64,000 nucleotides of DNA from NCBI GenBank assembly GCA_963828525.1, contig CAWHEP010000014.1, positions 96,001 through 160,000 on the forward strand. The letters are read 5' to 3'. Of the stretch, positions 9,854 through 20,505 are shown one piece after another; position 1 is the first letter of the stretch; every line of letters begins with the position of its first letter. The notes below the pieces were generated by a model. That model was not told where the DNA came from, searched no databases, and saw only the letters and a list, made by a program, of their open reading frames with translations. A program made the translations under genes and the position numbers. The DNA comes from an uncultured Verrucomicrobiae bacterium. Its GTDB lineage: Bacteria > Verrucomicrobiota > Verrucomicrobiia > Chthoniobacterales > Chthoniobacteraceae.

Positions 9854-10439
9854 GCAATTAGAAAAGGCGGAATAGCGAGAATGTGCGTCAAGAATAATTT
9901 CAAGGCTGCGCACTGGGTTAAATCGCGGACTTTTCGGAACGCGTCTTCAAATGTCATTTGGAGATAGATGAGCATAATATCCGACTCATCGAGGGGAGCC
10001 CGGAGCTTGAATTTACCAGGATACAAAGGCCCATAACGAATCCATCCACCACGGGAAGTCGCGCCGCCGAGGTATAAACTGCCGTTCTCTGAGTAGATAC
10101 TGCAATCCCCAAGGGTTAAATAGCCAGACCATCCCGCTTTGATCTGACTGTAATCCCGGTAGGAAAGCGGCACAATCCATCCGAAGCCTCTCCTCCCGGG
10201 ACCGTTCTACCCTTATCATCCACGATTTCGAGAGTCGTCGACCTGCCGATCGGGAGAACGAGTCGCTGGCTACCTGCATTTTTGACCTTCCATAGAATCA
10301 ATATGGGCGAAGCGACATTCCCCTTTTCGACCTTCCATTCGGCTGGCGAGACTGACAGAGCAAATTCCAGCCTTGCGTCCGAGGCAAGAATTCCCGTTGC
10401 GCAGAAGACAAGGCAAAGAAAGACGCCGGCTTTCATCAT
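9850..10439 (-). CDS. Hypothetical exported protein, apparently split by one frameshift near 10190
   Basis: Signal peptide MMKAGVFLCLVFCATGILA in ORF 10116-10451; overlapping ORF 9850-10173 continues in another frame. Confidence 0.45.
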
Positions 10440-10541
10440 CCCTCTACTCACTCGCAGTTGCGTGACTTGATTTCAACCTTGGGTTTGTCTCGCCTCCTGC
10501 TCGTCCCCGTGTTTAGCTGCCACCCAAGTTATCCCCCTCGA

Positions 10542-12170
10542 ATGAACCTACCACGAACCCTCTGCTGCATTGCCTTCCCATCAATCCTCTTTGGTCAGCT
10601 AGCGACCGATCAGCCGCAGGCCACGACTGCCAACGGGGTCGTTGAAGGCGTTGGCCATTCCGGCGTCTCGGTCTTCGAGGGCATACCCTTCGCTCGACCT
10701 CCTGTTGGCGACTTGAGATGGCGCGAACCTCAGCCGCCTGAAAATTGGACGGGAATCAGGAAAGCTGATCACTTCGGCCCGAACCCGATGGAACATCCGG
10801 CAGGGGATATGGTCTTCCGGTCGCGCGGGATGAGTGAAGACTGCCTATATCTCAATGTGTGGACTCCCGCGAAGTCGCCAGCCGAAAAGCTGCCTGTGCT
10901 TGTTTATTTCTACGGAGGCGGCTTTGTGTTCGGGGATGGATCAGAGTTCCGTTACGATGGGGAGAGCATGGCCCGCAAGGGCATCGTCAGTCTTACCCTT
11001 ACCTATCGTCTTGGAGTCTTCGGCTTCCTGGCCCATCCAGAACTCTCAAAGGAGAGTCCGTACCATGGCTCCGGGAACTACGGGCTGCTCGATCAGCGCG
11101 CGGCCCTGCTTTGGGTTCGGCAAAACATCGCGGCATTTGGCGGCGACCCCGACAAGGTTACAATCGCGGGCGAATCCGCTGGATCAATTTCAGTGAGCGC
11201 CCAGATGGCTTCTCCGCTGTCGAAAGGCCTCTTCGTTCGGGCGATCGGCGAAAGCGGCGGCTGCTTCAGTCCCACCGTTTCCCCTCTGCCCCTTGCCGAC
11301 GTGGAGCAGCAAGGTGAGAAGTTCGCGAGCGCGGTGGGCGCAACCTCCCTGGCTGCTCTGCGCGCGTTGAGCGCTGAGGAGCTGCTTGCGGATCAGTCAA
11401 AGCCCGGATCGCCCCGATGCTCGCCTGCGATAGACGGATATTTCTTTACTAAAACTCCCCTCCAGACATTCACGGCCGGTGAACAGGCGCGCGTTCCGTT
11501 GCTTGCTGGCTGGAACTCCGGCGAATCGAACTACAAGCGCGTCCTTGGAAATGAAGAACCCACCCCCGAAAACTACAGCGCCGCCCTCAAGAAACTGTAT
11601 GGGGACAAGGCAGAGGAAGCGCTGCGATTTTATCCGGGCGGAACGGAAGACGAAGTGATCCGATCTGCCATAGCGCTCTCAAGCGACCGGTTCATCTCCT
11701 ACAGCACCTGGAAATGGTGCGATCTTCAGAGCAAGACGGGGGGCAGCCCCGTCTTTCGCTATTTCTACTCCAGGCCGCGCCCCGCCACGCGCCAAAAGTC
11801 GCGCGGCGCGATGGCTGCGTCCCCGTCTCCCGAGGTTTCTCCTGTAGCTCAGGTCTCTCCTAAACCTTCGGTAAGCCCTGGCGCTTCCCACGCCTCAGAG
11901 ATCGAATACGCAATGGGCAACCTTCCCACAAACCGCGTTTACGACTGGCAACCGGAGGACTACGCCGTCTCCACGATCATGCAGGGCTATTTCGCAAACT
12001 TCATCATCACAGGGAATCCCAACGGGATCAGCCTCCCGACATGGGAGCCGTTGAAAGCGGATGGCGCCGGGAAAGTCATGGTGATCGACACGAATACCCG
12101 CGCCGAAGAAATCAAAACAAACGATCGCTACCATTGGCTCGATCAGTTCTATGCCCCGGCGGGTCACTGA
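10542..12170 (+). CDS. Type-B carboxylesterase/lipase
   Basis: GIPFARPPVGDLRW, SEDCLYLNVW, YRLGVFGFL, GNYGLLDQ, catalytic GESAG, HASEIEY. Confidence 0.93.
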   Translation: MNLPRTLCCIAFPSILFGQLATDQPQATTANGVVEGVGHSGVSVFEGIPFARPPVGDLRWREPQPPENWTGIRKADHFGPNPMEHPAGDMVFRSRGMSEDCLYLNVWTPAKSPAEKLPVLVYFYGGGFVFGDGSEFRYDGESMARKGIVSLTLTYRLGVFGFLAHPELSKESPYHGSGNYGLLDQRAALLWVRQNIAAFGGDPDKVTIAGESAGSISVSAQMASPLSKGLFVRAIGESGGCFSPTVSPLPLADVEQQGEKFASAVGATSLAALRALSAEELLADQSKPGSPRCSPAIDGYFFTKTPLQTFTAGEQARVPLLAGWNSGESNYKRVLGNEEPTPENYSAALKKLYGDKAEEALRFYPGGTEDEVIRSAIALSSDRFISYSTWKWCDLQSKTGGSPVFRYFYSRPRPATRQKSRGAMAASPSPEVSPVAQVSPKPSVSPGASHASEIEYAMGNLPTNRVYDWQPEDYAVSTIMQGYFANFIITGNPNGISLPTWEPLKADGAGKVMVIDTNTRAEEIKTNDRYHWLDQFYAPAGH

Positions 12171-12208
12171 TCTGGTGCTGAACTGAATCGCCATTGGTAA
12201 ACATAAAG

Positions 12209-15200
12209 CTATTCCACCTTGCGCTTTAGCGAGATGACCACCGGCTGCGGAGTGTTCCGGTCAATTCGGATACTGGTTTTTTCCCACTCCTCACCGTAGA
12301 TCTGCGCTTCATAGTTTCCCGGAGCCGCGAAGTTAATCGCGGGAATAGCAAAACTCCCGTCGCCGTCCGTCGTCGCAGAGTGAGACACGAGCGTGTCGTT
12401 TTCATTTGGATGGTAGGTCAACATTACTTCCTTGTAGCTGATCGGTTGCTTCGTCTCGTTCACGAATCGCCCTTTCAGCGTTTCGGTCGCAGCCTTCAAC
12501 ACCAGATCCTGAATAACGATGGGATGCTCGGCGTCAACCAGGACGGGATCGCTCACGAAATAGCTCGGACCCGCGTCCACCAGGATGGCATAGAGGCCCC
12601 CGAAGGGCAGCGACGGGGTCACGTATTCCTTCTTTGGCGATAGAGCAATCATAGTTCCGCTGGTGAGATTCTTTATGGTGAGCCCAGAGGGAGGCTTGAC
12701 TACGATGGGCAAGACGGAAAGAGATCGATTCTCAAGCGGGGGAGGGAGGTTGATGTTCCCGTGGATGACCCCGGCGCGGGTCGCGGTGATCGTCTTTGCA
12801 AAGACCCCGTCTCCCACCGGCATATCGAAATGTTGCGGCGCAAACCAGTAGCCGACGATCTGGTCCGCGTAGAGGTCGACCGTGGTGGGAACCGGCAGAC
12901 TCAAGACCGCCTTGCCGCCCGTGATCGGCGCAGACTTTGACGTCATCCCTTTGTCGTGCTCGTAAATGGTCAGGTAATCGGCGTTCAAAGCACCGCCAGG
13001 AACGGCATCCGAATCTGTCTTGATGGCGACTTCAAGGCTCCTCAGCGGGCGGGGGTCCGGCTTGGACCGCGACGTTGTTGGCGGTTTCACGCGCAGATCG
13101 ATGACGTAGTCGTCTACATCCTTTTGCAGGTTGACCTCGTAGCTATAGCTCTCCAAACCAAAGGTTCCGAAATTGATTCCTGTCCGACCCTCGGGGAGAT
13201 TCTCGAAATCAAATGGGATTTCCCCCGCGAGCTTTCGAAGGGTCTTTCTTTGTGACCGGCCGTAACCATTAAACGGGGATGCCTGGAGGTCATACATCAC
13301 CTGTAGTTCAATGAGACGGTAACGTGTCAGAATACCCTGCGGATCGAGGATTTTTCCGCGCAAGCGCAAGCCCCGCGTCAGTTCACAAACCCGGCCTTGT
13401 TGCCCATAGGAAATCGGAAAGGATTGGAGCTGGTATCCCGCGGCTTGGACGTAGACGTAATAGCCGGAATTTTGAGCCAGCGTTTCAAGATGGAAGCGCC
13501 CGTGGTCATCGCTGTGTCCCAGGACCTGACCGTTCTCAGGTTCATAGGTGAGATACGAATCTCCCGTTCCCCGGCGCGCCGCCATGATGATTTTCGCGTT
13601 CGCGATGGGCTGACGCGTGGCGCGGTCGAGCACCACGCCCGCGGTGGCTTGAGCGGCGGCCATTTTGCAGACTTGCGGCGTCTTATCCGACCAGCGGGAG
13701 ACTTCCTGGTCGGCCATCTGCCAGCCAGGCTTGAAGAGATTCAAGTGGATATCAGAATCGGCTTCGACATTTCCGAAGGTGGCGAACCCTTCCGAATCTG
13801 TTCGGACAGCAGGCCTTTCAAGCTCAATTGTTTCGCCTTCGCGGGCCGAAATCGCCGTAAGTGTAACGCCTTCCAAGGGTTTTCCGTCCGAGCCGACGAC
13901 TTGCGCGCGAGCTGGGAAGCCGCGCCGCAGAGTGAGATCGACTTTCAGGTTTCCGCCCTGAGCCCGAAGAATGGTTTTTCGTAGCGGCGCGTATCCTTCC
14001 GCCCACACGCCGAGCTGGATCCTCCCGGCCATCGTGTTGCCGTAGTATGAATGATCCCCCTCCATCGTAAGTCCACCGCTGGCGCCGTAGCCCCCCCAGG
14101 ACGAAGCGACTTTGGCTTCCGACTGCTTAAGGTTCTGGTTTCCGATGAGGCTTTTTGGAAGCGGCTGGCCATCTTCTGTCCTGAGCGCGCCCGTGACTAA
14201 GACATTTTCGCCAGGCTGGTCGGAGTTGCCCGGGACTGGCGGACGGAGTTGGAGCGCGCCGATCTGAGCCACTCGTTCCTTGTCGGTCATCAGCTCGGCG
14301 GCAAGCAGGGGAGCCAGGAACATGGAGGCGAGGTAAGCCGCTATCGCCAAAAGACCGGCCACGGCGAAGAGACTGGCCGCGCGCTGCCGGGGCTCAACAC
14401 CAAGGATGATCCTGCGTACTCGCGCGAGCAGGTCTCCTTCTCCGGTCGCGGCGAGCGCGAGGGATTGGCGGCGATACTCTTCAAACGTCGTCAGCGCTTC
14501 GGCGTATACCACCGGATTTCGGCACCATTCGACCGACAGATCATCGCAAATGCGCTCCCGTTCTTCCCGAATGTTACGGCTTACGGATCGGACTGCCGGA
14601 TGATAAAAGAAGAGCGTTTCGACACCGCTTTGCAGCAGGTTCACAATGAAATCGTGACGGCGAATATGCGCCAGTTCATGGAGGAGAATGGCCTCGACCT
14701 GTTCCACGGGAAGCTGGGCCAGGACACCGAGCGGGAGCAGAATAACAGGACGAACCCAGCCGATCACGACAGGCACGGCTACCGCGGCCGTTTCGCCCAG
14801 GAGGGCGGCGGAACGGACCCGAGCCGTCCGGCAGAGCGCCGCGAAACGCTGCTGCCATTCGCCGGACAATTCAGGCAAAGGCAGCCGGGCCAGCCACCGG
14901 ACGTACCGCCAGGAACTCCAAAGGCGCGCCGCGAATATCGCCACCCCCAAGGCCCAACCGATCACCAGCCAGCGCAGGAGCGGCTCGACATAGCTCCGGG
15001 GCGACATCGAAGAAACAGGACGCCTGATGGGTTCGGGTGAATGGATGAGTGATGGAGGATCTGATTCAAACGAAGCGGCGACAGAGGAAGAGGCAGGCCC
15101 GACCACGGCCACTGATCTTTCAGGTTGCGCTGGGGCGCCGCGCAAGCGCGCGGCGAGATCCAATGAGCCAAATGTCATCCACGGGAGAAGAGCCATCGAC

Positions 15201-15349
15201 ACCAGCGCCACGCACGCAGCGGCGTAGCGAACCTCGGCCGTTTTCCTTTTCAGCCCTAGCAGGACGACTTGGAGGAGGAGCCAGATAGACGCATCCTCCC
15301 ATAGCGAATGGAGCAGCATCCACCCGAGACGCTCAACCACGGCGTTCAC
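12209..15349 (-). CDS. BlaR1/MecR1-like M56 metallopeptidase with large extracytoplasmic beta-sandwich (carboxypeptidase-regulatory-like) domains
   Basis: LGWMLLHSLW, AILLHELAHIRRHD (HEXXH), LFFYHP..EREERICD; repeated V.G.DGKPL.G / TD.EG.F motifs. Confidence 0.88.
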   Translation of the reverse strand: MNAVVERLGWMLLHSLWEDASIWLLLQVVLLGLKRKTAEVRYAAACVALVSMALLPWMTFGSLDLAARLRGAPAQPERSVAVVGPASSSVAASFESDPPSLIHSPEPIRRPVSSMSPRSYVEPLLRWLVIGWALGVAIFAARLWSSWRYVRWLARLPLPELSGEWQQRFAALCRTARVRSAALLGETAAVAVPVVIGWVRPVILLPLGVLAQLPVEQVEAILLHELAHIRRHDFIVNLLQSGVETLFFYHPAVRSVSRNIREERERICDDLSVEWCRNPVVYAEALTTFEEYRRQSLALAATGEGDLLARVRRIILGVEPRQRAASLFAVAGLLAIAAYLASMFLAPLLAAELMTDKERVAQIGALQLRPPVPGNSDQPGENVLVTGALRTEDGQPLPKSLIGNQNLKQSEAKVASSWGGYGASGGLTMEGDHSYYGNTMAGRIQLGVWAEGYAPLRKTILRAQGGNLKVDLTLRRGFPARAQVVGSDGKPLEGVTLTAISAREGETIELERPAVRTDSEGFATFGNVEADSDIHLNLFKPGWQMADQEVSRWSDKTPQVCKMAAAQATAGVVLDRATRQPIANAKIIMAARRGTGDSYLTYEPENGQVLGHSDDHGRFHLETLAQNSGYYVYVQAAGYQLQSFPISYGQQGRVCELTRGLRLRGKILDPQGILTRYRLIELQVMYDLQASPFNGYGRSQRKTLRKLAGEIPFDFENLPEGRTGINFGTFGLESYSYEVNLQKDVDDYVIDLRVKPPTTSRSKPDPRPLRSLEVAIKTDSDAVPGGALNADYLTIYEHDKGMTSKSAPITGGKAVLSLPVPTTVDLYADQIVGYWFAPQHFDMPVGDGVFAKTITATRAGVIHGNINLPPPLENRSLSVLPIVVKPPSGLTIKNLTSGTMIALSPKKEYVTPSLPFGGLYAILVDAGPSYFVSDPVLVDAEHPIVIQDLVLKAATETLKGRFVNETKQPISYKEVMLTYHPNENDTLVSHSATTDGDGSFAIPAINFAAPGNYEAQIYGEEWEKTSIRIDRNTPQPVVISLKRKVE

Positions 15350-15744
15350 TTTGCTTTCTCTTTCCCTGATGGCTTGCTCCTGGCTTCGGCGAGCAGAGCG
15401 CGGATGGATTCAAGTTCTTTCGCGGATGCCGGCTTGGCGGAAAGCGCGCGCAAAATCAGTTCGCTCACCGAACCGCCGAATGCCCGGTCAATGAGGCCGC
15501 CGATCATTCGCTCCTGATTCACGGTCTGATCAACCGCCGCCGCGTAAATGTGGGTCATTTTCGTCTCGTCACGCCTCACAAATCCCTTGTCCAGCATGAC
15601 CTGGAGAAGCTTGAGCACGGTCGTATAGCTGCCCTTGCTCCCCAGAGCCTCCCATACCTGCCGGACCGAAACGGGACCGACTTGCCACAGGACGTGAAGG
15701 ATTTCGAGTTCGGCGCGCGTGGGATCGGGAGAGGAGCGATTCAT
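15346..15744 (-). CDS. BlaI/MecI/CopY-family transcriptional repressor
   Basis: PTRAELEILHVLW..GP.SVRQV, YTTVLKLLQVMLDKG.V.R, AFGGSV; overlaps the M56 gene start. Confidence 0.92.
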   Translation of the reverse strand: MNRSSPDPTRAELEILHVLWQVGPVSVRQVWEALGSKGSYTTVLKLLQVMLDKGFVRRDETKMTHIYAAAVDQTVNQERMIGGLIDRAFGGSVSELILRALSAKPASAKELESIRALLAEARSKPSGKEKAK

Positions 15745-15763
15745 GAGCGTTTTTAATCTAACC

Positions 15764-15792
15764 ATACTACGTACGTCATTATTCGTAGGTAT
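15764..15792. promoter_or_regulatory. Putative BlaI-family operator palindrome
   Basis: ATACTACG-TACGTCATTATT-CGTAGGTAT: CTACG...CGTAG and TACG-N8-CGTA inverted repeats in an AT-rich stretch 20-50 nt upstream of the blaI-like start. Confidence 0.5.
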
Positions 15793-15897
15793 AGGCAAGA
15801 GAAATCTTTTTGGACTCAGAGCAAAGATTTAGGTCGATTGAAGGCGTTTTACCCAACGCGCTCAGGGCCCCGCGAAGGGACACGCGAAAACGCTGAC

Positions 15898-16941
15898 TTA
15901 CACTGCTGCTTCCAGCTTCTCGGCGCCCTCTTCCATCGTGCCTTTGTATTTGGGCGGCTCGCTTTCAACACCGAAGTTTTCTTCATACAGCGAGGCAATC
16001 TGTTCGAGATCGTCTTCGGTGAGGGGAGGGCATTCGGGGGCGAGCGCGAACTCCCTCAGTTGAGCTTCCTCGTAGATGTTGGGGAGGGTCGAAGCAACGC
16101 GAGGATCCGCCAGGAGCCATTGCAAGGCTGCTTGTCCAAGGGTGCGATTTGCATTTTCCAGGAAACGCAGCGTCTTGATCTTTTGAACGCCATTTAGCAG
16201 CCAGCTCCGCGGACGATGATTGCGGTGATCGTTCGGCGGGAAAACCGTATCGACGGTGTAGTGCCCCTCGAGCATCCCGGAAGAATGCGTAACCCGGATG
16301 AGAAACATCGTGTCCCTGCCAGCATCGGCGGCGGCCTGGTGCATGGCTTTCCCGGGATGCTGCTCCAGCATGTTGTAGATGTGCTGCAAGGAGGTGAAAT
16401 TCCGTTCGCGGATCGCGTTGATCCCTTCATACATCCAGCCGATGGCAGGCCCGAGCGCCACCCCATAGTAGCGCACCTTTCCTTCCGCCTGCAGGCTCTC
16501 CAGCGTTTTCCAGACGGCGTCGTCATGCACCTGTTCCATGTGGATATTATGCAACTGGAGGAGATCAATCCTGTCGGTGCGCAGCCGCTTCAGCGCGGCA
16601 TCCGTCGCGCGGACCAGGGCGTCCGGCGAAAAATCCTGAGGGATTTCTCTCTGTCCGCGACGCTCGTTGCCGTGGTTGACAAAATCATAGCCGATCTTGG
16701 TCGCGACGACGATCTCATCGCGATTGCCAGGAAACGCTTTCGCGATCAGTTCCTCGCTTAAGCCATTACCGTACGTATCAGCGGCATCAAAAAGCGTGAT
16801 CCCGAGATCAAACGCTTTCCGCATCAGCCCGATCGCTTCGCCTTCCGTGAAGTTTCCCCACCAACCCGTGGAAATTGTCCATAAACCAAAACCAACCTCA
16901 CTCACTGAAAGATCGGTATTCTGAAACGGGCGATACTTCAT
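15898..16941 (-). CDS. Aldo/keto reductase
   Basis: VSEVGFG, GITLFDAADTYGNGLSEE, VATKIG, LKRLRTDRIDLLQLHN, YNMLEQ. Confidence 0.92.
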   Translation of the reverse strand: MKYRPFQNTDLSVSEVGFGLWTISTGWWGNFTEGEAIGLMRKAFDLGITLFDAADTYGNGLSEELIAKAFPGNRDEIVVATKIGYDFVNHGNERRGQREIPQDFSPDALVRATDAALKRLRTDRIDLLQLHNIHMEQVHDDAVWKTLESLQAEGKVRYYGVALGPAIGWMYEGINAIRERNFTSLQHIYNMLEQHPGKAMHQAAADAGRDTMFLIRVTHSSGMLEGHYTVDTVFPPNDHRNHRPRSWLLNGVQKIKTLRFLENANRTLGQAALQWLLADPRVASTLPNIYEEAQLREFALAPECPPLTEDDLEQIASLYEENFGVESEPPKYKGTMEEGAEKLEAAV

Positions 16942-16999
16942 GACTGATAGAACGATAGATTAACGCCTTTGCCAAAGCAATTTTGGTGGCCGCCCACGT

Positions 17000-17761
17000 T
17001 CAACTGGTCTCCGCATTGGGGTGAACGACCACGGCGGAACCCGCCGCAATGAACGCCGAAACCGGCTCCGCAGAAAGGGCTTCCACGAACCGTTCTCCGT
17101 ATAAAGCCCGAATATCGGCGTCCAGCTTGGAGTCATAACCCTTCCAAATGCGCCACCGGGGATGCTCCACCGCGTATTCGCTGCACAGTCCTCTCCGCGC
17201 TGTATAACCCCAGTAGTGCTCAGTAATGAACTCTTCGTCAGAACCGCTCGCGATCTCCGAGGGCTTCCCCATCCCGGACATGCGGAGCGACTCCCACCGC
17301 CCGCCGCGTTTCCAGGCATACTCCAGGGAAATTCCCTTATCAGACAAGTCCACCGTGTGGCGCATCGGCAAGGCAAGATAGGGCTCCCCGTAGAAGGTTC
17401 GAGCGATGAGGGCGATCGCGAACCGTGGCACCAACTCCCGCGCGAACACGACCCCGCGCCGCCAGCCTTCCCCGCCTTTTCGTCTCACGTAGAAGCGAAG
17501 GTTCACCTCATCGAAATCCCGGTGGAATGGAAAAGCAATGCCGAGCACCCGCGTGGAAAGGAACCGGAAACCCACCACGCTCACGAAGGCTGTGCCGTTA
17601 TGGTAGTCAAGCTCGGTTCCGGGCGGCACCAGCGGTTTGAGAGCAGCCGGGTCGATTGCGAAGTTCAGCATCGCAAGGTGCCGCCACTCGGCAGTCAAAA
17701 ACGCTTTTTTCAAATGATGCGAAGCGTTGTCCCCTACGTGCCCGTAAGAGCGATCTTCCAC
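17000..17761 (-). CDS. DUF2071/YqjF-family protein (start uncertain)
   Basis: [46 protein letters not shown]. Confidence 0.8.
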   Translation of the reverse strand: MEDRSYGHVGDNASHHLKKAFLTAEWRHLAMLNFAIDPAALKPLVPPGTELDYHNGTAFVSVVGFRFLSTRVLGIAFPFHRDFDEVNLRFYVRRKGGEGWRRGVVFARELVPRFAIALIARTFYGEPYLALPMRHTVDLSDKGISLEYAWKRGGRWESLRMSGMGKPSEIASGSDEEFITEHYWGYTARRGLCSEYAVEHPRWRIWKGYDSKLDADIRALYGERFVEALSAEPVSAFIAAGSAVVVHPNAETS

Positions 17762-18405
17762 ATGTTCTCGTCGTATTCCCCGGGCCCGGGTGAGGCGAGG
17801 TTGGCGGGCTTTTTCATAAAGCGAGCTGATCCATCGGCGAAGACGTAGTTTGATCCCCCATTGTAGGCATCGAGGGTGAGCACGCCGGGGTCCGTATTAT
17901 TGCCCTCCTGGAAGTCCATGTAGTAGTTTGCTCCGCCGAGCGGCTCCATTCCGAGAAGGATCGTGCTCGCGGGCTTCGGGATGGTGTTGAGCTGGACGAC
18001 GATGGCGGGATCGGTAAAGGCGCCCAGATCGTTCCAGCCATTCATTATAAAGTTGGTGCTGTTTGTCGTGTTGCTCAGCGGGTCAGGCTGGGGCGTCTGA
18101 GAAAGATAATTCTTTATTCCCGGCGCGGCGTACACGCGGACGTCCTTGAGATAAACGGAGAGAAGTTTGGGCCAGCGATCCTGACCCGCTCCTGTCACTC
18201 GCCCAGGCAATCGGTAATTGTTGTCCCCCGCGTACATGATGAACCCGGTGGCGATTTGCCGCATGTTCCCAAGACAAGCCGTCTGAAAGCCGCTCACCCG
18301 CACTCTCGCCATCGCGGGCAGCAATAGAGCGGCGAGAATGGCTATGATGACGATGACGACGAGCAGCTCCATCAGGGTGAAGCCTCTTCTATGGAAGTTC
18401 CTCAT
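17734..18405 (-). CDS. Prepilin-type N-terminal cleavage/methylation protein (PVC-type, H-X9-DG-like C-terminus)
   Basis: [32 protein letters not shown]...MY..D, C-terminal NYVFADG. Confidence 0.85.
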   Translation of the reverse strand: MRNFHRRGFTLMELLVVIVIIAILAALLLPAMARVRVSGFQTACLGNMRQIATGFIMYAGDNNYRLPGRVTGAGQDRWPKLLSVYLKDVRVYAAPGIKNYLSQTPQPDPLSNTTNSTNFIMNGWNDLGAFTDPAIVVQLNTIPKPASTILLGMEPLGGANYYMDFQEGNNTDPGVLTLDAYNGGSNYVFADGSARFMKKPANLASPGPGEYDENMWKIALTGT

Positions 18406-18465
18406 TGTTTGGTGGCGCTGCCCAAGCGTGTCTGACTCAGGCGCGTTCGTCAATGCGGATCAGTC

Positions 18466-20395
18466 TCAGGTCTTTCCAGCCAATCCCGTCCACTCTGTCG
18501 TAAGACGTTCAATGTCCGTCGTGACTGCCTGCATTTCCCTGTTGAGTTGCATGGCCGCTCCCCCGGCCTCGTAAGTCTCGGGTTTCTCAAGCTCCGCGCT
18601 TAGCCGCTTCTGCTCTTCTTCCAGTCCCAGTATACGCATCTCCAGCTCGCGAACGCGTGTTTCCCGGTCTCGCTTCGATTTGGCGTCCGCTTTGCGCGCC
18701 TCAGCATCCGCGCGCCTTTGCTCCCGGCTTTCGCGCAAGCCGGGGCCTGCCGACTCCTTTGGCGCGCTTGACTGGGCAGGCTGCGCATTGCTCAGTTTGT
18801 CACCTGCCGTCAACGCGGCGCGGGCGGATACTGCCCGCGATTTTTCCAGATAGTAGGCATAGTCTCCCGCGTAGGGCGTCAGCTTGCCGGCCCCAATGTG
18901 CAGCACCGTTTTTGCGATGGCGCGGATGAAATGGACATCGTGGCTGATGAAAACCAGCGTGCCCTCATACTGGCTGAGCGCGCCGATCACCGCGTCGATG
19001 CTGCCGACGTCCAGATGTGTCGTTGGTTCATCCATAAGCAGCAGATTTGGCGGATCGAGCAGCAATTTTACCAGGGCCAGCCGCGTCTTTTCTCCCCCGC
19101 TCAATACGGCAACCGGCTTGAATACATCGTCGCCACGGAAAAGGAACGAGCCGAGCACGGATCGCGCCGCTTGTTCTGAGACCGGGCTCTGTGAGTCAAG
19201 GGCGCTCTCCAGGATGGAATGCCGGGAATTCAGCATCTCCACGCGGTGTTGGGAAAAGTATCCGACCCGCACATTATGGCCAAGCGTCCGCGCGCCGTGC
19301 TGTATCGGCAGGACTCCGCCCAAAAGCTTCAGGAGGGTGGATTTCCCCGCGCCATTCGGCCCGACGAGAACAGTGCGCTGGCCCCTTTCCACCTCAAAAT
19401 CGAGGCCCTTATAAACCACCAGCTCCCCGTAGGCGTGATCGACCCCCTCAAGATGAATGACACGCGTTCCGCTTCGAGCTGGCTGCGGGAAACGGAAATG
19501 CACCGTTTTCTCGCGCGCCGCCGGCGCTTCCAGTTTCTCCATGCGGTCGATCTGCTTGAGCTTGCTTTGCGCTTGAGACGCCTTGCTCGCCTTGGCCCTG
19601 AACCGGTCCGCAAATTCCTGGAGCGACGCGATCTCCCGCTGCTGATTCTTGAAGGCAGCCATCTGCTGTTCCTCGCGCGCGGCTTTTTGCTCTACGTAGT
19701 TATCCCAGTTTCCCCGGTATCGGAACAGCCGCTGTTGCGCGATTTCCACGATGCTGTGCGTCAGTTGATTAAGAAACTCCCGATCGTGCGAGATCATGAG
19801 GATTGAGCCCGGATAGTTCTTCAGGTAGTTTTGCAGCCACACCAGCGATTCAAGATCCAGGTGGTTGGTCGGCTCATCCAGAAGCAGAAGATCGGGCTCT
19901 CGCACCAGGAGTCGCGCCAGGTGGGCGCGCATGATCCAACCGCCGCTCAGCACTCGCGCCGGCCTGTCAAAATCGCTCTCGCGGAAAGCGAGGCCGGCAA
20001 GGATCCGTTTTGCCTTCGGCTCAAGCTGCCAGCCTCCCAACTCGCCAAACGTGTGGAGGGCCTCATGGTGTTCCGCGGAGTCTTCGGGTGTGCTTTTCAG
20101 GATGCGCTGCGTCTTCGCCAGCTCCGGCGACACGGCGCACGCCAGTTCAATCACCGTTTCGTCTCCGGCGGGCGCGCTTTCCTGCGGCAGGTAACCCAGG
20201 CTGGCGCTACGTTCCAGGATGATGTTGCCGGCGTCTGGGCTGCTTTCGCCGAGGATCAGAGAGAAGAGGGTTGATTTGCCCGCGCCGTTGGGACCTACGA
20301 GCCCGATCCGGTCGCCCCGGTTCACCTGCAAGGAGGCGTCCTGGAGCAGGTACGCGCCCCGCGAAGGCTTTGGTGACTTGAGAGATGGTTAGCAT
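18466..20395 (-). CDS. ABC-F family ATP-binding protein (one extra base near 20349, probably a sequencing error)
   Basis: Two ABC domains (GPNGAGKST, LSGG, DEPT.HLD) and a C-terminal coiled coil; N-terminus MLTISQVTKAFAGRV joins LLQDASLQVNRGD if one C is removed. Confidence 0.9.
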
Positions 20396-20505
20396 GGGCG
20401 GGGGGGGAATCTCCTCAATATCGTCCGGCGCGCAAGTGCGCGCGCGGTTGCGACACCCGCGAAAATGCTTTCATTTCCGTCTCTGGATTCTTAACAATCC
20501 ACAGG

